Virus record (IMG/VR): IMGVR_UViG_3300042887_002087
Location: 55,241 to 75,240 of that record
Reading direction: 5' to 3' (one strand)
Length of the DNA stretch: 20,000 bases
Origin: an uncultured virus (IMG/VR IMGVR_UViG_3300042887_002087)
Taxonomy: Duplodnaviria > Heunggongvirae > Uroviricota > Caudoviricetes
The notes under the pieces are model-generated. The model saw only the letters and a program-made list of their open reading frames with translations. It searched no databases and was not told the origin of the DNA. This document shows, piece by piece, positions 1-7,355 of the stretch. The translations under genes and the position numbers were made by a program. Within the stretch, counting starts at the first letter, position 1; each line of letters begins with the position of its first letter.

Positions 1-112
1 GTTATTTACTTTCTAATAAATATATCCAAAAGGAAAATAATTTTATTTTGAATTAATTATCTCAAAAAGGTTGTTTATGTCAATTATTTTTCGTAGTTTT
101 TTACAGGCCCCA

Positions 113-188
113 GTATCTAGTTCCAGTTTAATACTCTACTTTAATAAATAATATATCATTAATAAATACTAGTGTATCTAGTTCCAGT
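113..188. repeat. 15-bp exact direct repeat GTATCTAGTTCCAGT (113-127, 174-188) enclosing two TTAATAAATA copies (141-150, 159-168)
   Basis: Read directly from the sequence; non-coding region downstream of the sheath gene. Confidence 0.85.
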
Positions 189-226
189 ATTCTGGGTAAA
201 GTATAATTATTTTTTTGTTATACATA

Positions 227-242
227 TGTTCCACGTGGAGCA
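227..242. promoter_or_regulatory. parS-like palindrome TGTTCCACGTGGAGCA
   Basis: 15/16 match to the perfect palindrome TGTTCCACGTGGAACA, a form of the ParB/Spo0J parS consensus TGTTNCACGTGAAACA. The dyad extends to 226-243 and is intergenic. Confidence 0.6.
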
Positions 243-244
243 TT

Positions 245-270
245 AAAAAAGGGCACCATTTCTGATACCC
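245..270 (-). terminator. Rho-independent terminator after the tail sheath gene
   Basis: Minus strand reads GGGTATCA-GAAA-TGGTGCCC-TTTTTT: 8-bp stem with two G-U pairs, GNRA loop and U-tract, 26 nt after the sheath stop. Confidence 0.85.
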
Positions 271-296
271 TTCTTATTTTTATATCTCCTTTTAGA

Positions 297-3281
297 TTAG
301 ATATTTTCAAATGAAGCTCCTGTTGGTGTAATAATGAATTCCACATCGATATATTCAAGAGAACGAGTTGGTTTAATGTAAATCTTACCTCTCATTGTGT
401 TTGCGTCGATATCCTCAGGATCGTTAGAAACTGTTACACGGAAGTCATACAAACCTCTTTCTTTCTTAATTGCGTCCAAGATAGGGTTTACCAATCTTAA
501 GAATTCATTTCTTACTTGGTCATCGTTTTGTTCAAACAATAATCTTACAGAAACTGCAGAAATTAACTTTCTTGCTCTTAATAACAATCTTCTTACGTTG
601 ATTCTATCTAAAGCGGATTCTCTAACTTGTAACGTTTTGTTACCCCAAATAATAGTACCTGTATCAGAGAATGTAGCGATTGGGTTAATTCTGTTCTTAT
701 ATAATACGTCTCTATCATCTAAAGTCAATTTTTTAGTTGCTTTGATCGCATTTACTAAACCTCTACTATAACCCGCAACCGCGAACCAAGGATAAGACAC
801 GTTGTCAGTTAAGGCAATGTTCTTTACAACCTCACCTGTTGGTGGGATATATAATTGAGTTGCATTATCTGTATCTCTTACTTGAATCCAAGGCCAATAT
901 GTTGCAGAATAGTTAGAATCTATACCCGCGTCATCTAAAGCAGATACAATAGAATCTGTTGCAGTTGCCCCTGTGATATTTGGTGAGTTCATAATATATA
1001 ATGAATCAGCTCTTTCAGTTTCAATCATATCAATCGCTTGATTAACTAATGAACTATGATCTTGGAAGTTAATACCAGGTGTTGCAAATACGTTAATATC
1101 TACAGCTTCAGGATTTGAATACGTCTCAATACCTTGTAAGTAAGCGTAATAGTCAGAATTACCTACTGAATCACTAAACACTCCTCCGGGGGTTGTATGT
1201 CCTAACTTATAGATAGATTTACCAAAAATATAACGATCGTCGTTAGTTCTTATTGATCTATATATATCCCAACCATCCCTACCTCCATAAACTGCAAAAG
1301 TGAATTTACGGAAATTAATATTAGTTAATTTATTATTACCATTATTATTAAGCTCATCTTGACCTTCTAAATCATATGGTGTTGTTTGGAAAGTTGTTGT
1401 TCCAGTAATTGTGGAGGCGTTTACAGACAAATGGAAACCAAATGTTTCTGTTGTTGCCATCTCACCTTTATATTTTAATAAATCTCTATCGAATCCAACA
1501 GCGTCAGATAAACCTAACATAACTTTTCTTACCTTATCTCCACCTTCAATATTAGGTGAACCATTCACATCGTAAGTTTCAACATCACCCGCATCGTTAT
1601 ATTTTGTTTTGAATATTACATTACCTAATCCCATATTAATTCCTGATACAGTACCAAAGTTTTTGTTGTTTGCAAAACCTCTAAAACCAGCAGGAATAGC
1701 ATCTACAGGTGCTCCGTCCGCCATAACCAACATAATTCTTTTAGAAACTAACGCGTATTCACCATCAGATGTACCGATTTTCTTACCTATATAACCTGGA
1801 GTATCTGGATTCATAGAACATCTTGAATATTTTTCAAGAGCTACTTGATTCTCATCAGTATCGTTAAAATCACGAACCACTAAATCAAACTCCATAGTTT
1901 CTAAATTAATATTTTGAATATTGATTTTTACTTCAAAGTTAGCAGCCTCTCCGTCGGAGATTGTAATAACTTGAAATAAATCAGCAACATTACCACCACG
2001 AACTTCAGAAACAACCATCGGTGAAATTGTTGTATCCCATGGTTTTAAGTAATTATATGAATTAGAATCTTCTTCTGATTCATATGAAACGTCCATAGAA
2101 ATACCTCTTACTAATCCTCTTTCAAAGGCGGTTCCTAAATAATTAGGATATGATTCATGTACATATACCGGATAGTCACCTTTATCTTTATCAAATACAT
2201 CAGTTCCTAAAACTTTAGAAATATATTTTGATGATGATCGATTTAATGAACAAACAAATTGTTTAACTCCACTTGTCGTACCTGTTACGTTGATTGAAAA
2301 CTCACCCATTGGGTTTGTATTCATATCAGATCCCGTAACACCTGATAATATGAATTTATTATCATCCTTAACTTCATGTATTAATGTTTGTCCGCTATAT
2401 ATACCTCTTGATCTTATTGCTGCAACCACTACATTATGGTATTCATCGGCTAAAAGTGCTTCCCAATCAAATTGAGTAATTGACCATTTGTTAGTTGAAT
2501 TTGTAAATGTGAATAAATAAGAATAAATACCATTTACACCGTCACCGTCTGGAGGAGTGACCAAACCATCAGATTGGTGATGCATTGTATTCCACCATTC
2601 TTTTGTATTATTACTATTACTATATTTTTCTCCAGATAATGGAGATACTAATTCTGTACCATTTCCAACAATTGCACTATCTTCTGTTCCTTCCGTATTT
2701 CTTCCTATCCAAAAATATTCATTAGTTGATCCGGTAGTTGAACCTTCATAATCACCGTAATTATCTTTTAAATATGTTACAATATCAGTACCATCAACAG
2801 ATGTTACACCTGACAAATGAGCAATAATTTCATTTAATGAATTTATTGAAGATCCGGTTTCTGTTGTTGTAATTCCTGTTGTTGTAATTGTTACACTACC
2901 AACTTCATTAGTTACGCCAGAATACCCTTCTAAAATTACACCACCTACGGTTTTAATACCGAATGTTTTATATGGTCTATAACCTGTAAGACCCAATACT
3001 CTCGTTACGAATAATTGATTAGATTCTTGTAAATATGATTTTGCAACATATCCTAATTCATATTTTGGATTACCGTCACTGAACTTTTCAGGTGAAGTAG
3101 ATCCAAAATACAATTTGAATTCGTCAAAATTTGAAATTAAAATAGGTTCGAAAGCTGGACCTTTTAAAGTCTCACCAGCTAAACCTAATGTTGTAACACC
3201 TACACTCTGTGCTACAAATGTTAAATCGAGCTCGGATGTATAGACACCTGGAGACACGAAAACTCTGTTATTACTTGCCAT
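297..3281 (-). CDS. Contractile tail sheath protein (T4 gp18-like), 994 aa
   Basis: N-terminal SPGVYTSELDL...GETLKGP; C-terminal YSATYWPW, PWFAVAGYSRG, LYKNRINPI, IWGNKTL, DRINVRRLL and IYIKPTRSLEYI are sheath signatures. Confidence 0.95.
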   Translation of the reverse strand: MASNNRVFVSPGVYTSELDLTFVAQSVGVTTLGLAGETLKGPAFEPILISNFDEFKLYFGSTSPEKFSDGNPKYELGYVAKSYLQESNQLFVTRVLGLTGYRPYKTFGIKTVGGVILEGYSGVTNEVGSVTITTTGITTTETGSSINSLNEIIAHLSGVTSVDGTDIVTYLKDNYGDYEGSTTGSTNEYFWIGRNTEGTEDSAIVGNGTELVSPLSGEKYSNSNNTKEWWNTMHHQSDGLVTPPDGDGVNGIYSYLFTFTNSTNKWSITQFDWEALLADEYHNVVVAAIRSRGIYSGQTLIHEVKDDNKFILSGVTGSDMNTNPMGEFSINVTGTTSGVKQFVCSLNRSSSKYISKVLGTDVFDKDKGDYPVYVHESYPNYLGTAFERGLVRGISMDVSYESEEDSNSYNYLKPWDTTISPMVVSEVRGGNVADLFQVITISDGEAANFEVKINIQNINLETMEFDLVVRDFNDTDENQVALEKYSRCSMNPDTPGYIGKKIGTSDGEYALVSKRIMLVMADGAPVDAIPAGFRGFANNKNFGTVSGINMGLGNVIFKTKYNDAGDVETYDVNGSPNIEGGDKVRKVMLGLSDAVGFDRDLLKYKGEMATTETFGFHLSVNASTITGTTTFQTTPYDLEGQDELNNNGNNKLTNINFRKFTFAVYGGRDGWDIYRSIRTNDDRYIFGKSIYKLGHTTPGGVFSDSVGNSDYYAYLQGIETYSNPEAVDINVFATPGINFQDHSSLVNQAIDMIETERADSLYIMNSPNITGATATDSIVSALDDAGIDSNYSATYWPWIQVRDTDNATQLYIPPTGEVVKNIALTDNVSYPWFAVAGYSRGLVNAIKATKKLTLDDRDVLYKNRINPIATFSDTGTIIWGNKTLQVRESALDRINVRRLLLRARKLISAVSVRLLFEQNDDQVRNEFLRLVNPILDAIKKERGLYDFRVTVSNDPEDIDANTMRGKIYIKPTRSLEYIDVEFIITPTGASFENI

Positions 3282-3318
3282 TGATTTTTGTTTGGTTAAT
3301 TAATTTTATTACTTATCT

Positions 3319-3326
3319 TATAAATA
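3319..3326 (-). promoter_or_regulatory. Putative late promoter TATTTATA upstream of the sheath gene
   Basis: Sense-strand context AAGATATTTATAAGA is identical over 15 nt to the region upstream of the neck gene (7329-7343). Confidence 0.6.
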
Positions 3327-3396
3327 TCTTTGTTTTTATCAAAGATTTCCCAACTTTTCTTAAAAAGATAGTTATTTATCTTTTAATATCTTTTAT

Positions 3397-3555
3397 ATGG
3401 AAAACACTCAAAAAAACGTTAAAATAAGTGGGAAACACCACGAAATGTTAAAAAATTACTGTGATAAAAATGGTTTAAAAATCTATAAAGTTTTAGAAAA
3501 ACACATAGAAGAACTTTGTAAACCTAAAAAGAAGGACATATACGGGGATGATTAA
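3397..3555 (+). CDS. Small ribbon-helix-helix-like DNA-binding protein, 52 aa (not in ORF track)
   Basis: ATG at 3397 to TAA at 3555 gives MENTQKNVKISGKHHEMLKNYCDKNGLKIYKVLEKHIEELCKPKKKDIYGDD. The beta(KNVKI)-helix-NG-helix pattern fits RHH, the ORF fills an otherwise empty gap, and TATTTAT lies at 3373-3379. Confidence 0.7.
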   Translation: MENTQKNVKISGKHHEMLKNYCDKNGLKIYKVLEKHIEELCKPKKKDIYGDD

Positions 3556-4814
3556 TAAAGATAAACAAAATCTAAAGTGGCACCGAATACAGGAGCACTT
3601 GTTAGTGTTATTTGTTTTTGTCCTGTTATTTCATATCCCTCATCACTAAATTCAATAAGTCCATTTGTGGTAACACTAATAACACTATTAATCTTTTCTT
3701 GTAGATCAAAAACTAAGTTGACTCCATTGAAATTAAAACTTTCACGACCAACCTGTAATTCATTACCGTTTTGGTCATACATTTTGTTATTTCTACCTTT
3801 ATAGTAACTTACAACAATTACATCACCTTGTAATGGGGTTCCGCTAAAATTTATGTTTGATAATCCCCCAAAATGAGAATGTGAATAATGTACGTCTTTT
3901 TCCTGTACAATTCCATTAATTGATACGTTAAATAAAACTGTTATATTCTCACCTACACTATATATTGTACTAGTACCATTTGATATTAATGTGGCTAACG
4001 TTATATCAATTGTTTTAGATATATATTTTTTAGTTAAACTACCTCCACCTTTCATCGATTCATTTACGATAAAAGCTCGACTAATAGCTGGTTTAACCTC
4101 GAATTCATCACTATCAATTAAAAACCCTAACATAGTACATTTATATGTTTGCATATAAAATCTACGACCATCAATTGTTTCCATAGGTGTATTGTCTTCT
4201 ATTGTGTCTAAAACAATTGGAATATAATGACCTTTAACTTGAGTGTAATCTTGTCTAGATGAAAAATTTTGTAAAACTAATTTATTAAATTTATTTAAAT
4301 CTCTAAACTTATTACAAACAATAGTAATATCATATGTAATATCACATGGAATCGGTTGTGGTATTTTATAAATGTCCGCTCCCATAGAATTACCATTCCA
4401 AGTTGGAACTGTTGCATAATGAAACTGATGTCTATCAGGAATAGTTCTTTGTATTGACGGGTTTGTACCAAACTGTACGTCAGGTTTTCTAATGATTGTA
4501 ATAAATGGTAATTTTACATTACCGTCAGAATCTGAAAATTCCCAATTGTTTGAAAATTCACCCCATCTTTGAATTGTTAATATTTTATCAATAACAGGTA
4601 TTTGTACACCATCAGAAACAACTTTAAATGTATTTTTTACATAATCCAACATACCCCTATCCAAATCATCATGTAAAATAGAGTCAGGTAAAAAAGAATC
4701 GGATTTTGTAATCATATCCAATAACTCCTCTCTTCTTTTTAATATACCTTCACCTTGGTAAGTATCCTTACCACCGTAAACGTTGATCATGTTTTTTCTT
4801 TTAGGTATTCCCAT
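3552..4814 (-). CDS. Tail terminator/completion protein (T4 gp15-like) with two C-terminal beta-domain repeats
   Basis: Core LPFITIIR and PQPIPCDITYDITI...DLNKFN resemble gp15-like proteins; lies between head closure and sheath. Start moved to ATG at 4814 (MGIPKRK), 1 nt after the upstream stop and preceded by AGAGGAG. Confidence 0.7.
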   Translation of the reverse strand: MGIPKRKNMINVYGGKDTYQGEGILKRREELLDMITKSDSFLPDSILHDDLDRGMLDYVKNTFKVVSDGVQIPVIDKILTIQRWGEFSNNWEFSDSDGNVKLPFITIIRKPDVQFGTNPSIQRTIPDRHQFHYATVPTWNGNSMGADIYKIPQPIPCDITYDITIVCNKFRDLNKFNKLVLQNFSSRQDYTQVKGHYIPIVLDTIEDNTPMETIDGRRFYMQTYKCTMLGFLIDSDEFEVKPAISRAFIVNESMKGGGSLTKKYISKTIDITLATLISNGTSTIYSVGENITVLFNVSINGIVQEKDVHYSHSHFGGLSNINFSGTPLQGDVIVVSYYKGRNNKMYDQNGNELQVGRESFNFNGVNLVFDLQEKINSVISVTTNGLIEFSDEGYEITGQKQITLTSAPVFGATLDFVYLY

Positions 4815-4815
4815 A

Positions 4816-5328
4816 TTAAACTCCTCTAAATTCACCTTCTTGTGTTGGAGCACAAACTATACTTCTATAGTGTGGTTTGTACCCAAACATTTTATGTTTA
4901 TTATCCGATGTAATTCTACCGTCATTTGTAACGGTATAATATCTTAATCTTTCTTCTGAATCCGCATAACCAATATAATCACCATATCTAATATCAACAC
5001 CCAATTCATTAAGGTGTGTAATATAAACCGATAATATCATATTACCTGGCTCATTATATCTCATAAGACCTTTTGTGTATGATGAATTTTTTGGTTCATC
5101 AATTTTAACCAACGCATTAAACTCAACGGGAGGAAAAAACTTAATTTCATCCATTCCCGCCTCGGCGTATACGTCGTCATTGTCGGTCTTTTGTCTATCA
5201 ACACGATATAAGACCAATTTCATATTTAAATCCCCGTGTAGATACTCCTGACCCATCTGAATGTTAATATCAAAGTCATCTTGGGAGAAGAATTTACCTA
5301 AACGAGTAATTGGTAGTTTATTGTTCAT
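4816..5328 (-). CDS. Head closure / neck protein (T4 gp14-like)
   Basis: Pattern VLYRVDRQKT..DDVYAEA...F.PPVEF and LGVDIRYGDYI...YYTV; position next to the gp15-like gene. Confidence 0.65.
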   Translation of the reverse strand: MNNKLPITRLGKFFSQDDFDINIQMGQEYLHGDLNMKLVLYRVDRQKTDNDDVYAEAGMDEIKFFPPVEFNALVKIDEPKNSSYTKGLMRYNEPGNMILSVYITHLNELGVDIRYGDYIGYADSEERLRYYTVTNDGRITSDNKHKMFGYKPHYRSIVCAPTQEGEFRGV

Positions 5329-5333
5329 ATCCT

Positions 5334-5341
5334 AATAAATA
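5334..5341 (-). promoter_or_regulatory. Putative late promoter TATTTATT upstream of the gp14-like gene
   Basis: Sense strand reads CTATTTATTAGGATATG. Confidence 0.5.
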
Positions 5342-5382
5342 GTTTAATCTTCCATTCTATTTAGTTATATTATATATAATAG

Positions 5383-7134
5383 ATGGAAAAGAAAATACCT
5401 GAGGTTGAAGCAAGGGAAATATTAAATGAATATGACGGATCTAATAATGTTTTATTAGAATACAAACGTAAATTTGTGGAAGTTAAAAACTTTAAATTAA
5501 CTCGTCCACAGTCGGAATACGTTATCAAATATAAAGACACCTCCCCTAAAGTTGCTCGTAAACACATCAATATCGTTTCCACATTTGGTGAGAAATTAAT
5601 GGAAGAAATGTTATTACCATTACCACCCGAAAAAGTGTGGTGTGAAAAATTGTTATGTGAATCCGATAAAGCATTTCATATTTGGGGTAAAGTAATTGAT
5701 AGTCAACAAAACCACGCAATGTGGTTACCTAAGTCTGCAATTGTTCAAGAAGAAAAAAAGTTAAATCGTGTAATTGATTATAGTCCGTATGATAATCGTC
5801 CCCCTATGGAACACCAGAAGGTCGCCATAGAGAAATTATTAGCAAACAATAAGTTTATATTAGCTGATGATATGGGTCTCGGAAAAACGACAGCAGCGGT
5901 TATTGCGTCAATGGAAAGTGGTGCGAAGAAAGTTTTAATTGTTTGTCCCGCATCCCTTAAAATAAATTGGGATAGAGAGATTAAAAATTATACAGATAGG
6001 AAAGTTTTAATTGTTGAAGGTCGTAAATGGGGGTCTACTTTTGATTACTACATTATCAATTATGATATATTAAAGAATTATCACACCACAGAAAAAAGTG
6101 AAGATAGTGATGACTATAAATTATTAGTAAATGAAAAGTTTGATTTAGCAATTGTGGATGAAGCACATTACGTTAGTAATAGTACAGCAAACAGAACTCG
6201 TTTATTAAATGACGTATTGGAAACCATACCACGAGTTTGGTTATTAACAGGAACCCCAATGACATCGAGACCAATTAACTATTTTAATTTATTAAAGATT
6301 GTTGACTCACCTTTAACATTAAATTGGCAATCATACGTTCGTCGTTATTGTAAAGGTTATCAATTCACGGTTGGAAATAGAAAAGTGTGGAACACAAGTG
6401 GGGCAAGTAATTTAGATGAATTAAGAGAAAGAACTAAATCATATGTTCTTCGTAGAATGAAAACTGACATTTTAGATTTACCTGAAAAAATTGTTACACC
6501 TGTATTTGTAGAATTAAGTAGTAAAATGTATGATGAGGAGTTAGAAGAGTTTACAAGAATTAGTAATGACAATAAAGATAAAGAAACATTAAGTGTAACA
6601 TTAAATCGTTTAATGAAAATTAGACAACTTATTGCTTACGAAAAAATTCCATATACTTGCGAGATTATAGATAAATGTTTAGACCAAGGAAAAAAAGTAA
6701 TCGTATTCACCAACTTTACAATGTCATTGGATATGTTACATGAAAAATACAAAAAGAACTCTGTAATATTAAATGGTAGTATGTCTAAAGAAAAGAAACA
6801 AGAGAGTGTTGATAGATTTCAAAATGAAGATAAAATAAAAATATTTATTTCTAATATCATTGCTGGTGGTGTCGGTATTACATTAACTGCGGGTGAGGTT
6901 GTTGTAATGAATGATTTATCATTTGTACCTGCTCATCATAGTCAAGCGGAAGATAGAGCATATCGTTACGGACAACAGAATAGTGTATTAGTTTATTATC
7001 CCGTGTTTGAAAATACGGTTGAAAAAATAATATACAATATATTACAAAAGAAAAAGAACGTCATTGACCAAGTTATGGGTGACGGAGAATATTCCGAATC
7101 GTTCAGTAAAGACCTACTTAAAAGTCTCTTTTAA
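5383..7134 (+). CDS. SNF2-family ATPase, SMARCAL1/HARP-like annealing helicase
   Basis: Motif I ILADDMGLGKT, Ia VCPASL, II DEAH, III LTGTP, V GGVGITLT, VI QAEDRAYRYGQ; GASNLDEL resembles the HARP subfamily. Confidence 0.9.
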   Translation: MEKKIPEVEAREILNEYDGSNNVLLEYKRKFVEVKNFKLTRPQSEYVIKYKDTSPKVARKHINIVSTFGEKLMEEMLLPLPPEKVWCEKLLCESDKAFHIWGKVIDSQQNHAMWLPKSAIVQEEKKLNRVIDYSPYDNRPPMEHQKVAIEKLLANNKFILADDMGLGKTTAAVIASMESGAKKVLIVCPASLKINWDREIKNYTDRKVLIVEGRKWGSTFDYYIINYDILKNYHTTEKSEDSDDYKLLVNEKFDLAIVDEAHYVSNSTANRTRLLNDVLETIPRVWLLTGTPMTSRPINYFNLLKIVDSPLTLNWQSYVRRYCKGYQFTVGNRKVWNTSGASNLDELRERTKSYVLRRMKTDILDLPEKIVTPVFVELSSKMYDEELEEFTRISNDNKDKETLSVTLNRLMKIRQLIAYEKIPYTCEIIDKCLDQGKKVIVFTNFTMSLDMLHEKYKKNSVILNGSMSKEKKQESVDRFQNEDKIKIFISNIIAGGVGITLTAGEVVVMNDLSFVPAHHSQAEDRAYRYGQQNSVLVYYPVFENTVEKIIYNILQKKKNVIDQVMGDGEYSESFSKDLLKSLF

Positions 7135-7317
7135 TTCTTTAATTTTATCAGTTAATAACTGATCTAACTCCTTATCTTCAATATCAGGAATATTAACTAT
7201 GATGGTTTTAGGGTCTAAAGTATAGTCTATAAAGTTAGTTTCCCCCTCTTTTTGTAAGTGGAATACAAAATCGTTAATCCCACAGATACTGAATAATTCG
7301 TTTAGTTTCTCGTTCAT
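7114..7317 (-). CDS. Hypothetical protein, 67 aa
   Basis: ATG-started acidic ORF that fills the gap between SNF2 and neck genes; TTATATTT lies 5 nt upstream. Confidence 0.6.
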   Translation of the reverse strand: MNEKLNELFSICGINDFVFHLQKEGETNFIDYTLDPKTIIVNIPDIEDKELDQLLTDKIKELKETFK

Positions 7318-7332
7318 AATAGAAATATAAGA

Positions 7333-7340
7333 TATTTATA
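7333..7340 (+). promoter_or_regulatory. Putative late promoter TATTTATA upstream of the neck gene
   Basis: Same 15-mer context as upstream of the sheath gene; 15 nt before ATG 7356. Confidence 0.6.
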
Positions 7341-7355
7341 AGAATAAATCAAATT

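Noticed and set aside
113..188. Repeat-spacer-repeat as a mini CRISPR array
   Set aside because: Only two 15-bp copies, too short for CRISPR repeats, and no cas genes in the window.
397..2475. Plus-strand ORFs inside the sheath gene (397-771, 1609-1794, 2290-2475)
   Set aside because: Antisense shadows of a well-supported CDS with no recognisable motifs.
3209..3427. 72-aa plus-strand ORF
   Set aside because: Overlaps the sheath start and promoter region; the 3397-3555 ORF in another frame explains the gap better.
4815..4853. ORF-track start at 4853 for the gp15-like gene and at 19875 for LamG
   Set aside because: ATG at 4814 avoids the overlap and has an SD-like motif; the LamG frame is open to the window edge.
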